Made by a program: the position numbers and the translations under genes. Positions 38,396-53,791 of a DNA stretch of 64,000 nucleotides are shown here, piece after piece. Each line of letters starts with the position of its first letter. The stretch's first letter is position 1. The notes under the pieces were generated by a model, which was given only the letters and a program-made list of their open reading frames with translations, made no database searches and had not been told where the DNA came from. The DNA is from Octopus vulgaris. Taxonomy: Eukaryota. The DNA lies in the NCBI GenBank assembly GCA_951406725.2, contig OX597814.1:30938001-31002000 (forward strand). Direction: 5' to 3'.

Positions 38396-39702
38396 CACTT
38401 AAAGCCTTTTCTGTTTGCTCTTGTGTCACTTGTTCTGTTTTCCAGTTTTTTAAAAAATCCCTATAGTTTTATAAGTTACAGTTTGCAAATTAGTTTCTTA
38501 TCGGATGAATTTTGAAATTCTATGTTTCTGTCAGACCTCATTAGGCTTTTTGGGTGAGACATTAATCTAATTACCCACCCCACTTTCGCAGGACGTTTGC
38601 GAACCAGTTAACTTAAGATTGTTAATTGTGATGTTCAATTTTAATTTTTGTTGTTGTGAATGGAATTTTCAGAGTTGACAATATGGTTTTTCTTTCTATT
38701 ATTTGTGTTCATTTGTGTCTTCATGCTCGTTTTTGTATTGTTGTTGTAGCTGTTCCTGTTTTGATCGGCAGTGGTTATAACAGTAGTGCTAGTGAAGCGT
38801 TGCTTTCACGTGTCTTTTTGCGTTGTTTTCATCGGAGTTTTAGTTGTTGTTGACATTGCTATTCTTGTTCATATATTTTCTGGCAACAGGGAGTAGTAGG
38901 AAATGTATTGACTATATTGGCTATTTGAACTGCTAACTACTCTTTATTTGTTGTTTGAACAGCTAACATTTTCTTGGCTTTGCAAAGCTTTATTCTTTTT
39001 TCTAAATCTGTAATTTGTTTAGCAAAACGTCTCAAAATTCTTCTAGAAGGAACGATAATTCCACAAAGGCAACTAGGCTCTTCTGGTGCTAGTTAGCTTA
39101 CGAGCACCGTGACGACGCCTTACACTTGCAACACAATAATAATTATTATTGTTTGTAATTTAGTTTCTAGGCTAATAATTTTGAGGATAGTGGGGTTGTT
39201 GATGCAGTCGACCACATTGGTACTTTATTTTATCGATTCTGAAAAGGTGAAGAGCAAAGTTGTTCGCGGTAGATTTTGAATTCAGAATGCAAAGCCGATT
39301 TACAAATACCATGTGGCATTTTCTCCAATGCTCTAACGACTCCGCGAAACCACTGACATCAAATAATAATATTTTCTTTATTAGTTGCAAGGAATGGAAA
39401 ATAGAAACGCACGAAACTTTCACTCAGAGATGCAAAGAAAGAAAAGACACCGTGGATGATGAACAAAATGTATTTACAAATTGTGAAGATGAGCCTAAGA
39501 AAAGTTATGCAGTACGTGGAAGGATGTATTAGGAATTTTAAATGTACGCATATAATTACACACATAGTTACACACTCCTACATACCTATATGTTTATATA
39601 ATAAAATGCACGTGGCATGTATACACGCACACACATATATGCACACATATATATATACATATGCATATGTGCCTTGTGCATGTTTGGGTGTATGTATGCA
39701 TG

Positions 39703-39773
<71 letters not shown>

Positions 39774-40524
39774 TTATAGATAGATAAATATAGCATATTG
39801 TATAAGCCTATAGGAATACAGGAATGTATACTTATGTGTGTGATTATGTTTGTAGATCTAAAATTCTTAATACTTCCATGCACACGTACATATACACTCA
39901 CATACACAACGGACATGCATATATACACGTACATACACATTGTATAGAAATAAAAAAAAGTATAAAATACATAATAAAACAAGACACAGTTGAAGGAAAG
40001 CAAAACATGAAGGATTATTGGCTACCTTGAGTTAGAGCACCCGTTGCTCACTTTTTTCAAGTTGTGTTCAAGAACCCCGAAATGCACCATTGAACGCTTT
40101 ATAAGAGTATTGAAATATCTTTATTCAGTAGAACCTCTTTTAAGTTCGATGTAAGAATTTAAATTTTATTAGTAATCTATCTTTTGCATTGCCCATACAC
40201 TAGACCCAAATAAAAAGTTAGAAGTGCGTCTAGCAAATGGATTCAATTGATTCTTCTGTTTCAAAGGCACAGCAGATAGGGGTATAGTTTTTGCTAATTT
40301 GAGATGGGAAAATTTCTATTTTGTTCGTTGTTGTAGCATTACTGTGTAGCATAATTTTTGTTTCATAACCATTGTAGATGTGCAAAGAGTTATGTACAGA
40401 AATAAAATTTCAAATATTTCACAAAACAAATATCTTAATTTATTTTCCGTGTATACCGGATTTCGAGAGCAAATTTTCCTCAGGTAATTATAGGAATTTT
40501 TGCAAATATTCCAACGAAAATTGT

Positions 40525-41275
40525 AAAGGACTAAAAGGTTAATTATTGTTACTAAGCAACAAACCATCAGAATAAACTTGATAAGTATAAAAGCAGATAA
40601 AACTAAGTCAAAATGGAAACGCAGAATCTGTAGAAAAGCGGTTGAAAGTATTTATCGTCTCGTTAGTGAATGGAGTATGCTTGCGCATAAACACTATGAA
40701 CGCATGCATGACTGTTGGTAAATGAGTTCTTGGGGATCTTAGTCAAGTTTATGGATTCAAAATGACAGAAAAGAGATTTGAATCAGAAATACAGTCTGTG
40801 AAAGTAATGATAAATACAGGATTTTATGGAACTTCTCCATAAAGACTGATCATATGTTTGAAGCGTCAAAACCATGTATCATCCAAGAAAGCATAAAGGA
40901 AAAGCACTATAAGGTCATAGACTTGCAGTATCATATATAACACAATGGATACTGAAACTATTTAGAAAATTGAGTAATATCAGGATCTAGTCAGAAAGAT
41001 GTTGAAACAGTGGATGACAATTGTTCCTATGGTATTTGGCGCACTTAGCACAACACCTTATCAGCTATCTAAGATACTGAAGGATATTAGAATTGAGACA
41101 CGCTTGATAGACATACAGAATAGACAATCATGTATTCTAAGGAAGATTCTTCAGATTTAAGGAAACATTTCGACAACAAACCTCAAGCCAATATCCTTAA
41201 TAACTAAAGTAGCCTGTGATAACTTCCTATCAATAATAATAATAATAATAATAATAATGATAATAATAATAATAA
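40525..41275 (+). mobile_element. R4/Dong-like RLE non-LTR retrotransposon, decayed 3' part
   Basis: Translates KRLIIVTKQQTIRIN..KADKTK..RRICRKAVESIYRLVSE..MLAHKHYERMHD, ESNDKYRILWNFSIKTDH..KP, VPMVFGALSTTP and ILRKILQI*, then a (TAA)n tail at 41233-41275. Confidence 0.75.
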
Positions 41276-41599
41276 CCTCGGTGATAATTGCCTATAATGA
41301 ATATTAAGGAGAGATGGTGATGAGATTGATTTTAAAAATGCCAATAGCAGATATACGAAATAGGAATAGTAATTAAGATTTTGGCGGAATATCAGCAGTA
41401 ATAAGTTGTGAAATGCAACATGTAATGAGACGTAAACATTATATGATATAACGTTAAAATGGCAAGAGGTAATCTAACTAAATAAATAATGAATGGAAAA
41501 TAATCAGTTGGAATAAACAATCTAAGAGTAATAGTAATTTATAATGAACAAAATAGCGGACAGTACGTGATAAATGGTTGGTTATGGTGCTGATCGATG

Positions 41600-43975
41600 T
41601 AGGTTTCTTTGGACGTTCATATCAAAGGAACCTACAGCGATCCGCACCGTAACAAGCCACTGTCACCTCTACATGGGCTAAATCATCTCTCAGAACCTGA
41701 TATCGAATTCCAAATTGGGTACATCAGGGAGAGAGAGGGGAATGATTTCGTAAGTAAAGCTAGAACAAAGAGTGCCCAAGGATGTGATGGCATCTCATAT
41801 AAAGTTTATAGATATTGTAATCATCTGCGAAAGAAGCTCTTTGTCCTACTCCGACAGCTCTGGCGCGAAGAGACTCTAGTAGAGGATTGGTGTAAGGCAG
41901 AAGGTATATACCTGCCGAAGGAGGCCAATGCAGAGACTAGTATAAACAGTTTAGGCCGATATCCTTATTGAATGTGGAAGACAAAATCTTTATGGGAATT
42001 CTTCCGAGGAGAACAGAGACATATTTACAGAATAACGGTTATGTTGAATCTGTTCAAAAGGTCGGAATCCCTGGGATCTCTGGATGCGTTGAACAATGTC
42101 TTTCGATTTGGAAAGCGATCCAGGATGCCAAACAGAACACGAGAAGTTTGAACGTGGTATGGCTATACCTAACTAATGCATATGGCTCAGTGCCACACGA
42201 ATTGCTGATGAGAGCCATGTACCACTTACACATTCCAGACAAAGGGATCAAAATAATGAGGATGTATTATGACAGTTTCGAAATGAGGTTTACAGCTGGA
42301 GATTTTACAACAGATTGACACCGATTAGAAAATGGTATTGCTGCTGGCTGTCCACTTGGTTTATCTTAGTCATGGAGATGATTTTGAAAGCTGTGAGTTT
42401 TTTGGAACAAATCGCCCGTGTACAAAGCCTTCATGGCTGACTTGACAATTCTAGCTACAGATAAGCAAATCATGCAGAATGCCTTCTTGAGACTAGACGA
42501 AATTCCGAGGTGGTCAAGGATGCGGTTTAGAGCAAAGAGGTCGCGTAGTCTGACATTTGTTAAGGGAGTGCAGAAAGAATTTAAGTCTCGAATAGCGAAG
42601 AAAGCATTCCAACAGTCAAAGAATAACCCGTCAAGAGCTTGCGGCGAGTATACGCTGGAACTTTGGCAGATAGGAGTCACGGGATGGAAATTATGAAACA
42701 AGCCAAGGCTGGATTATCAGCGATTGGTAACTGGAAGTTACTAGTTAATTATAAAATTTGGTGCTTGCAGTTCGGCTTGTACCCGCAACTTTCGTGGCCA
42801 CTTTTAATATACCAGGTAGCTTTGTCACGAGTTCAGATCATTGAACAAAAATGTAATGTGTTCATTAGAAAGTGGCTAGGCCTACCTCGGATTTGAACAG
42901 TTCAGCTCTTTATCCTAAAAGAGCTTCGTTGCAGTTACCACTAGCGTCAATAGTCGAAATATATAAACTGGGAAAGATACGGACGGTGATGTTGCTGAGA
43001 GAATCCAAGGACATAGAAATCAGGCATAACACACCAGAGGTGAAAACAGCAGGAAGTGGAAAGCAGAAGCAGAGACTGATGACATCTTGTCTTCTCTTAC
43101 ACACAGGGATATGGTTGGTGCAACGCAAAGCCATCGGAAATGACTTGGTTTTGTCGCAGATTAGTTCAGAAGTTTGCGTGTATGATGCGGAGCGAATGCA
43201 GATCTGTTGCTAGCAAAAGCGTCAAAACGAGGGAAGCAGAGAGAAGAGAGCTTCATTTGATCCGATGTATTCAACAAGGATAGATGCCGAGAGGAAAATA
43301 AGTTAGGATGAGATATGGAAGTTGACCACATCTCGGTCAGAAGTTTTCTGATTCGTTCATCCTATGATGTTTTGCCATCACTAACAAATCCAGTAAGATG
43401 GAACGTCTTAGAGAATGATGTATGCAAATGCGGAGAGGTCGGAACACTGAAACATATTATTTCCAACTGTTCATTAGCACTGAAAATGTATACATGGAGA
43501 CACAACCAAGTCCTTAAGGTTATCTTCAATGTTATAAAGAACCAAATTGATCTCAACAATAGTGAGAAAAAACCCTTCAAAGTGGCAACTAGAGATTTCA
43601 TTACCTTCGTGTGCTCAGGTCAGCGGGTCCGTTTCAAGAAGAACAAAAAACTTCCTGTGAGAGATTAAAAGTGGAACGGCTATTAGGAAGTGACTGCAGA
43701 TTAACCAGGGTGCCAGGGTCTCTTTCCCATCCCAGTTACGAAAAAACCGGACATTTTAAATGTGGTGTGAAGGAAAGACAGTTGTAAATCTAGTCGAGTT
43801 AACGGTTCCTCATGAAGATAACATGAACGCCGCTTGGGCTCGAAAGATTGACCGTTATGTAAACCTCTTTGAGGAATGTGAAGACGCAGGCTGGAAAGCG
43901 AAGCATTTTCCAATCGAAGTTGGATGTAGAGAGTTTATTGGACACAGTGTGAGACGACTGTTGTTATCGTTATGC
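41600..43975 (+). mobile_element. HERO-like RLE non-LTR retrotransposon ORF (RT, CCHC knuckle, restriction-like endonuclease), frameshifted
   Basis: Successive ORFs: SAQGCDGISYKVY, FRPISLLNVEDK, VVWLYLTNAYGSVPH, KAFMADLT (FMDD-like), CKCGEVGTLKHIISNC, YTWRHNQVL, KPDI...VELTVPHEDN...RKIDRY, IEVGCREF. Confidence 0.88.
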
Positions 43976-44060
43976 CTGGGATCGATGTGTTCGACTAAAG
44001 GCTGTACTCCAGCATGACCGCAGTAAAATGACTGAAGCATGTAAAAGAAAAGAAAAGAAG
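43975..44060 (+). mobile_element. SINE family B, extreme 3' tail
   Basis: gatcgatgtgttcgactaaaggctgtactccagcatgaccgcagtaaaatgactgaagcatgtaaaagaaaag. Confidence 0.75.
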
Positions 44061-44219
44061 AATGTGTGTGTGTGTGTGTGTGTAAGGCAGTCGTTATGTC
44101 TAAATAAAAGTGAATGTATTTATCTGTTTCTCACTTGCTAAATAATATAGTATTCGGTGATCACACGGAACATCCACGTTAAGTTGGACATAAAGACTGC
44201 TTCTGTCGTTAGTAATGAA

Positions 44220-44325
<106 letters not shown>

Positions 44326-44336
44326 GTCTCTCTCTG

Positions 44337-44376
<40 letters not shown>

Positions 44377-44377
44377 A

Positions 44378-46640
44378 AACCACTCCTCAAACATGTCAAA
44401 AGCTATATAAGGGACGACTTGGATATGCTCAATCACCTACCGAATACTATAAACAAAAACACCCTACTGGTATCCTTCGATGTAGTCAACCTCTACTCCA
44501 ATATGCCCCACAACCTAGGAATAGAGGCAATTCAATTCTGGCTAGAGAATCACGCCAACGAACTCCCACATCACATCAAAAAAGAATTCGTGATAGAAGG
44601 GGTTAAATTCATCCTGGAAAATAACTTCTTCGCCTTCAAAGACAACTTCTACCGACAAAAATCGGGGACTGCGATGGGTACACGAGTGGCCTCCTCCTTT
44701 GCCAACCTAGTCATAGGATATTTAGAAATCAGTCTGTATCGTAAGGTTCTAGAAAGATATGGCAGCCCTTTCCTCATCTACATAGAAAACAACTGGAAGA
44801 GATATCTAGATGACTGTTTCATTCTTTGGCATGAAAATATAGAGAAACTCAAAGAATTTCCAAGCAATTTTAAATGGACTGGACGTAAACATCCAATTCA
44901 CGATGGAATATAGCCAACAACAACTCCCCTTCCTCGATATCCTCATTAAGAAAGATAATAATGTAATAGAAACAGACATATATAATAAGCCTACAGATTC
45001 TAAGCAATATCTTCCATTCAATTCATGCCACCCCAGACACACCAGAATGAATATCCCCTTCAATCTAGCAAAAAGGATATGTACTATAGTTTCTAATGCA
45101 AACACCAGAGACACACGACTACAAGAACTAAAAGATACCCTCATCACCAGGAACTACCCACCTTCACTTATTGACATATGCATTCAACTTAACATCAAGG
45201 AACTGAGACATCCCAAATCAAAGAAAAATTTACGACCAAAAGCCTTACCATACATCTCCACACACAACCCACTCAACAATGAAGTCTTCGGCACCATCCT
45301 CCAGAACATACCCCTCCTAAAAAAAGACCACAGAATGAACACAATCCTCCAAACACACACGCTCATAAAAAGCAAGAGACATCCTAAATCTATGAAAAGT
45401 CTCCTAACACAAGCCCGAATACACTCTTCAACACAGAAGCCAGCAGTAAAAAAATGTGGAAGACCCAATTGCGGGATATGCGATTATCTAATCGAGGCAT
45501 CAGAGTTCTCCTTCAAACAGGGACAACGGTTTACAGTGAAAAGCAACTTCACATGTGCTTCGGAGAACCTGATATACACACTAACTTGCTCTGGGTGTCA
45601 AGAGCAGTACATAGGCCCAACAAAAAATAGTTTTGCGTAAAAGAATGGCCCTGCACAGATCCCAGATAAAAATTCCCCAAAACAGAAAAATAGCTTTCAG
45701 CCAACACATAGATACTTGCGCCAACAACAAAACACCAGGCTTCAGGATTTTCCCCCTCTACCAATTCAGGGACGATACAACCTCGAGACAACGAATAAGT
45801 AAATAAACTCTCTTTATTACAAAATACAGGCCACTTCTTAACGGGTCTACGCCAAACGATTTATACACCTCAGCTTTAGAATAACACAAATACACACGCA
45901 AATATTACATTCCACAGAATCCATTACAAATCAGCCCCAATCACAGCTATAATCCATAACCTGCCAACTTCAAGTCATACAACTCCTCAATACTTCCACT
46001 CATTCCATTCATATTCTCCCTTCTCTTTCTTCTTCCTCTTTTTCTTCATCATCATCATTATCATCATCATCGTCGTCATCACCATCATCATCTTCTTCTT
46101 CTTCTTCTTCTTCTTCGTCTTCTTCTTCTTCATCATCATCAACATCGTCATCATCATCTTCTTCTTCTTCTTTTTCTGCTCCACCTTCTACTTCTTAACT
46201 TTATCACTAATGCTTTTTAGTATAACACCCACGCAAATTCTATAAACAAACCTTTCAATAGAAATATTCTCCTGAATTGAACTGCAACATCTAGCCGCCA
46301 CTGACCATTCAAAATACGACAATCAAGGTACTCCCAAATTTTTCCACCCCTTCTTCTCATCATCCTTCTTCTTCTTCTACCCTACCAAGAATTCACAACG
46401 ACCTCGAACACACAAGTGCAAATAAGAGAGACAGAGAAAGGCAGAAACAAGGAAAATGCCACTTAAATTTGAACACTATACAAATATTCCTTTCAAAATC
46501 TTTTCTTTTAATTTTTCTAAATTTAATTATTTAATCGTTACAGTTGAAAAGGCCTCAAAATGACCGAAACCGGTACTGAAATGTTCTTTATAAAATTATT
46601 TTAGCATTTTCTATCTTGACTTGTTTTTTCATATATATCA
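44378..46640 (+). mobile_element. Penelope-like retroelement, 5'-truncated: RT + GIY-YIG (frameshifted) plus 3' pLTR-like region
   Basis: SFDVVNLYSNMPH, GTAMGT, RYLDD, LPFLD..TDIYNKPTD..YLPFNSCHPRH, KCGRPNCGIC, NLIYTLTCSGCQEQYIG. Frameshifts near 44860 and 45630. Starts at a (TA)n tract. Confidence 0.93.
46541..46578 (+). ncRNA. Degenerate hammerhead in the PLE 3' region
   Basis: cag-TTGAAAA-ggcc..tgacc-GAAAC-cg-G-TA-ctg, at the position expected for a PLE pLTR hammerhead. Confidence 0.5.
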
Positions 46641-47049
46641 CCCTTATATATATATATATAAATATATATACATATATACATGTTTATATGCATATCTACA
46701 TACATGTATATGAATATATGCAGAGATGCATGCATGAACATTCTAAATACCCATTTTGACTTATAAAGAATTTAGGGTTTATAAAAGTTTTTAGTTTTAT
46801 CTTAATTGCTGTAATAGTTTTAGTCTGTGTTCAACTTTAAGAATAAAAGCTATTAATTTTTCAACAATCATACACTTATAGTATCGTTGCTTATCCCTTG
46901 CGGTGTATTTACTTTACTACAGACAATTAATAAATTATACAAAGCAAATATAACAGAAATAAGGAGTTAAGTTTCGATATTAATCGGCCTCGGATTAATA
47001 TATAATGTTTAATAATGAATAATTGCTTTAAAAGTTCAAAATGGAAAAG

Positions 47050-48430
47050 ATTATTGTTTTCCGTTATCATGTGTCTCTAGAATATTAATGAGAATGCAAC
47101 ATCAAGATAATCTAGCTGAATAACTAATATTTCTGTTCAAATGAGCAACGCCATAGTTAAATGTCTATAAGTGAAAATTACACGATCTAGATTAATTCTT
47201 TGTATGTGTAGTTAAGAAGTTCTTTCCCGCAGGGATTATCAAATCAGCAATCATTTTGAAAATCAAAGCAAGGAAACTGCTTGGTATCCTACAGATAGCT
47301 TCACTTTGATGAATGGATATATGATTGGCAATGAGAAGTCATTGAAGCTTGCTTAGATTGAAATAGCTTCATTCTTTCATTTTGTATAACATCAAATGAG
47401 ATAAATAAGTTCGCTAATTGCTGTGATTTTTCGATGTAGAATCTTGCCTATTTCCTTTAATGTAAAACTATTCTCATATTGAGATCAATTTCAGCAAGTG
47501 GAACGTTCTTAAGCCCAACATATAAGTGATTAAATAAGTAGAGGCAAACACTATACATTGTGTGTGAAGACCACACAATTATTGCATAATTAACAATTAT
47601 GCAATTGGGTTTTCTCTTTAGGCTAAAAGAATATAGATCAATGCCTTTTAATCCATCTCTTATTTCCAATGATTGTCATAATTTCTACGCCAGGAATAAT
47701 TTCATAGAAATTATCTCTTTTCACCATAGGATATACATCTTGAAGCTTTTATCCATTGAAAATTCTATTGTCTGCATAGTTGAGATTTCAGTAAGTGTAT
47801 ATTTTGGAATCAAAGTAATATTGCAATATTGTACAGAAATACATTCTACAAAGGACTAGAAACGAAGTTTCATATTCTACCTATGAAAGAGGGGATATGA
47901 TTATTACAAAGAGGAGAGCTTTTGAAGCTCATCAATTAACAGCAATGTCGAGTACACATATTTTGTAATTTCTGGCAACTTTCGTAAAGCAGAAAACTGC
48001 AACATAAACATCACACAATACTGTCTTTCTTGCATGCCTCGTGCAACCCCCCCCCCCAAAAAACTGAAATACCTTCTCACACACACACATTTATATTGTG
48101 TGTATATTCCTGTTTCCTAGTACGATATCATGCTCAATATTTACTTGTCGTGGAAGTTAAGAAAATCTGATAACTAGATTAACAAAGAATTCCACACCAT
48201 AAACAATTTTGGCAGCTATTTTGGACTGATAGTTTTGTCATGACCGTGAATGAGACTAATGAACAAACGATGTGTGAAAATCACTGATAACATAAACTGT
48301 GAGTTCGAGTTTAGCTAACATGATAATCAACTAGAACGAAATTATCTTACCAATCGACGCCAGTGAAAGTTTAGATATGGTATTCACAAGTTCTAGGAAT
48401 GGCTTCTATGAACTATATGTTGCACTTTAA
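47050..48430 (-). pseudogene. Possible decayed hAT transposase relic
   Basis: Weak motifs NYDN (~47680, cf. GYDN) followed by VWSSHTM (~47570, cf. CxxHxLNL). No long ORF. Confidence 0.25.
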
Positions 48431-48539
48431 TACTAATGAATACAAATTGCTAAACTGTTTAAGAAGCTCGCTTTGCAACAATGATTGAAGTGGTAGATAG
48501 AAACTGTGTGAAATAAGGTCGTATGTATGTGTATCATTA

Positions 48540-48673
48540 TTACTTTTAAGTCTATCAGTCTCTTGTGCCAAACTGCTAGGGTACGGGGACGTATAGAAAG
48601 TGAAACTAGTTGTCTAACAGTGGTTGGGGACAACACAAAGGCGGTGAAATACACACATATAAACACCATTCTT

Positions 48674-48709
<36 letters not shown>

Positions 48710-48870
48710 CTTGACGGACTTCTATACAGTTTCCGTGTGCCAAATTCAGTCACAAAGTATTAGTCGGCTCGAGGCTACACCAACGGTCCAATCTGCCGTG
48801 CTGTGAAACCGAATCCCAAACCACCTGACTTCAAGAAAGCTTCGTGACTGCACGCTCATACCTGCACCTT
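48540..48870 (-). mobile_element. Old SINE family B copy
   Basis: Decayed match to 23583-23995 (gacggacttctatacagtttccgtgtgccaaattcagtcacaaag). Confidence 0.65.
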
Positions 48871-49390
48871 CTTAGCATTTTTTAAAAAATATATAAAACC
48901 CCCTCCGGAATCGACTTTCTATTATATCTCTCAAGGGTCGAATAAAATGCCGACTAGAAGTATATTAGAATGAATCACATCAACGATACCATCACGTTTA
49001 TATATCTGTAACATTGTACGGTTTTGAGAATTTTCCTTTCTTGGTGAAGAAGAAACTCAGAAAGCGGGTTTATAATCGAACAAAATTTAAGCATACGCAA
49101 AATTGCGAATTTGGTGCATGAAGCAATACTATCCTAGAGAATACAGTTTTGCAGTATCAAAAGCTAGCAGTAGACGGTAAAAGTAAACACCCTTTTAGCT
49201 ATTTTACTTCCACTGTTATACAAGTTAAAGGTACACACTGTGTACGTAGATCTGTTCAACAGCAAGTGCGCATTGTATTATAATAGGGCGACAATTGAAT
49301 ACACACACGTACACACACATATATAATCATATATAGACATATATAGATATGCATATTTATAGTATATATATATATGTATATATGCTTAAG

Positions 49391-49461
<71 letters not shown>

Positions 49462-49509
49462 ATATATATTTACGTATATATAATGCAATATAAATATATA
49501 TATATAATG

Positions 49510-49589
<80 letters not shown>

Positions 49590-50005
49590 ATTAATATAAC
49601 TATTTACAGGATTGTGAAACCCGGCACCGTATAGCAAAACTACTCGTGCCGAAAGCATATTGAAAGTTTGTTTACAAAAACAACTACGAACTGATATAGT
49701 TCTTGAATTTGACATCGACAAGGAGACTAATTCGCTGGTGTAGTGGTAAAACACTTAGTCACGTTAACAAAGGGATGTGGATTCGAGTTCCACGCGAATA
49801 AGCAAGCGTACTTTTTCTCTGTCGAGGGCTTATATGCCCCATTATTAGACTATTTTTCTTAGTCGTTGCACTGTAATCGCTTTAAGCTTACAGGATTGTA
49901 AAACCCGGGGCCACATAACAAGACCATTCGCACCAAAAGCATTTATGTATAAATATATATATCTGTCTCTCTCTCTCACCATATATATATATAGGTCTGT
50001 ACGTG

Positions 50006-50084
<79 letters not shown>

Positions 50085-51214
50085 CTTGCTATATGTATAT
50101 ATATGTGTGTGTGGGTGCACACATACAGACCTACGCGCGCACATTATCCAGGAAAACGTTCGTTTATAAAATCTCTAATTTATGCAGAGTGTGTTTAAAG
50201 TGTTACAAAAGACAAAGAAAAAAAAAAGCAAGATGTTAATTTGTCTAGACGTGCTGAAGGTATGATTGTAATTAAATTCCTATGACAAGAGAAATTAAAT
50301 TTTGATTTCTTCACTGGTAAAATGATAAAGACTCGGAACGTTGGGCGACGAAATAGAAAACGTAGACGAAACGAAACATCATTGTATTGTAACTTTAAAA
50401 AAAAATCAATATAAACAATAAAATAAAGTAAAATAAAATGGAAAGCAAAATGTAAACAAATAATAGCTAAGACGCGTTTCTATCGATTGGAGATTTATAT
50501 TTGACTTGGAAAAGCTTTTCACCATAGTGACTAATTAAGGTTTTTTCTTCAGATTTCATAGCGAATTCCTAAAGTGATTTAATTTTCTCAAGTCAATCTC
50601 TTCAAGGATCTAAAGAAATCAGGATAAATATGCAAAGGTAAAATCTTTTGCTAATAACCTTGCATCTTTTCCCATTCTTCACAACTGGTAACAATTACAG
50701 CAGTGTGAACTATCATAACTGGAGTTATTCCAATTTAGTATTCTTGGTTTGCATGAAATAGAAAACTTCACAGATTGATTGTTAGATAAAATAATGAAAC
50801 AGAAAAAAAAAAATTGAAAAATAAAATAAAATAGAATAAAATAAAAATGTAATCTTGTTCCTCTTGGTTATATTACGTTCAATTTCGGTATAATTCTTTA
50901 GTTGCAATGTTCATCAGTGAACATAGCACTAATGAGTGAAATGTTATTCTGTTACTATCCGATGAGATAGATAAGGAAATTCTTAATTTCATCGTATTTA
51001 GTGTTGCCAACGTCTGATACAAAGGTTAAGCGATTTGCTGTAATACTGATTCTGTAATAAGAGTATTATCACTTCCCCAGCCCTGTATTCACTTGTAGTT
51101 ATTGCTAGATTTAACAATCTCAATAAATTACACGATTGCCTTCACAAACTCGCTGTTTCTACTTTTGCACACAAATATAATATACACATACAATCGTGCA
51201 TATAACACACGCAT

Positions 51215-51475
51215 ATCTATCCATCCATCCATCCACCTATCTCCAACCGTTATTCCTGGGACGGTTGTTGGGGTGGAGTCCTCCGAAACCTCCTCCATAA
51301 TCTCTCAAAAGCAGCCGTCATTCTACTTTCCGGCTAGATTCTCAAGCGTGACCAACTGACACTATGGGTATAACCCAACCATTTCATTCTTGGTCTCCCC
51401 ATAAGCGTCTCTTTTAAGATTCCTTCTTGCGCCACATTCTAATCGCATGACCGTATTACCGGAGCTGTGACCATT
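51215..51475 (-). mobile_element. RTE-like LINE 3' remnant
   Basis: Minus strand YGHAIR...GRPRMKWL followed by a (GGAT)n tail. Confidence 0.45.
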
Positions 51476-51482
51476 CAATGTG

Positions 51483-51544
<62 letters not shown>

Positions 51545-51548
51545 TTAT

Positions 51549-51835
51549 GGAGACGCAATAGCCCAGTTGTTAGGGCAGCGGACTCGCTGTCGGAGGATCG
51601 CGGTTGTGTGTGTTTATTGACCGAAAACACCTAAAAGCTCCACGAGGCTCTGGCAGTGGGTAGTGGCGCCCCCTGCTGTACTCTTTCGCCACAACTTTCT
51701 CTCACTCTCTCTTCCTGTTTCTTGAGTAACGCTGATGGACTGGCGTCCGTCCAGCTGGGGGGGGGGGGACACATACGTCACAGAAACCGGAAAACTGGGC
51801 CTCATGAACGTGGATAGGCTTGAAAAGGGCGACGT
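51549..51835 (+). mobile_element. SINE family A with tail A3
   Basis: Reverse complement of 16388-16705 with a small internal deletion. Confidence 0.82.
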
Positions 51836-52002
<167 letters not shown>

Positions 52003-52917
52003 GGGGAGGGGGTGATAATACTGATTTCTTCGTTCCCAAAGGATCAATATTCTTCATTAATTTTTCCTCACTTTAAAATTTACCTATCCACACTCATATA
52101 TCTAAATGTTAAGACCCCGAGAGAATAAAACATTTATAACATGCAAAGGTGCACCTTGCCTTCTTGCGTGCTGCGCAGCCTTCATTGTAATCCTACTTAA
52201 TCTCACTCCATTCACTTCACACTTGTGTGTTACTTCACTCGACACCTTGCATTAACCACTTTTTAAAGTCCTTTAGACGTTAAGGATTTACTTCACTCTA
52301 CAGTCATCGACTTGTCGTAGTTGTGCACGAAAAACAGCTGTATACACCTTACCTCTCTCGATTGGCCTGCGATGGGCAAATAAACAGTCTCTTGTCCCAG
52401 ATAAAATCATTAAAACATTTCAATATCCTTAAATCTATCTGGAGAGATAGCAGATGCATAAATACTCAGGTATATTAGGGTCCTGAGTGTTATGTACGTG
52501 TCAGCGCTGGAAAATCTTACTCGTTAAGTATAATTGTATTGGACCTCTAATGCCTTTCATATCCTCCATAGTGGACAAAAATATGTAGTAGACATATAAT
52601 TGCGCTTGATGCTCTCGATTGTACTAATTTATAACATTTGCCCAAGTGAAAATGTGCAAAAATTATATTCCTTACCGTCTTCCAGAGTATAATATAAACG
52701 TGAAAGCTTAATAATCACATTCATTCAATCAATCAAATGATAAGCAGGATTAAACACTAACAATAATAAAACTACAACAAAGAAACTCATAAACCAATGA
52801 ACATTGTATCGATACATGTATACATATACATATACATACATAATATATATATATATGATGATTTCATTGGAATGAAACTGTACTAGTCCTGTAGAAGCTC
52901 CTTCTATAAAATAAGAT

Positions 52918-52967
<50 letters not shown>

Positions 52968-53159
52968 CGGCAAAAGAAACAGAGTGACTCAAGGGCTGAG
53001 AATTTCGTGCGTTGGCACTTATCAAACACATGACAATCTAGGCCCTTGTGTCACTCTGTTGCTTCTGATAAATATTGATAAATATTAATAAAAATACTCA
53101 TATTTTAAGTTCTATTTTTCTGGATTGAATCACCAAACCTGTACACACACACAGGTGTG

Positions 53160-53269
<110 letters not shown>

Positions 53270-53648
53270 GAGGCGCAATGGCCCAGTGGTTAGGGCAGCG
53301 GACTCGCGGTCGTAGGATCGCGGTTTCGATACCCAGACCGGGCGTTGTGAGTGTTTATTGAGCGAAAACACCTAAAGCTCCACGAGGCTCCGGCAGGGGA
53401 TGGTGGTGATCCCTGCTGTACTCTTTCACCACAACTTTCTCTCACTCTTACTTCCTGTTTCTGTTGTACCTGTATTTCAAAGGGCCGGCCTTGTCACTCT
53501 CTGTGTCACGCTGAATATCCCCGAGAACTACGTTAAGGGTACACGTGTCTGTGGGGTGCTCAGCCACTTACACGTTAATTTCACGAGCAGGCTGTTCCGT
53601 TGATTCGTATCAACCGGAACCCTCGTCGTCGTAACCGACGGAGTGCTT

Positions 53649-53650
<2 letters not shown>
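53270..53650 (+). mobile_element. SINE family A inserted in (TA)n
   Basis: Full-length match to the other A copies. Confidence 0.92.
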
Positions 53651-53684
<34 letters not shown>

Positions 53685-53791
53685 TCGGGGTGAGTACTTG
53701 ATGATTATAAGCACCTGTGTATACCGTTTGGTGGTGTAGGTGGTGGAGTAAATTGATCAAAATAAAATAAAAACATGATGCGAAGGATTCA

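Noticed and set aside
43975-44060. SINE B tail as the native 3' end of the HERO-like element (SINE-LINE partnership)
   Set aside because: The ORF is cut before its expected C-terminus, so a truncated SINE insertion is the simpler explanation.
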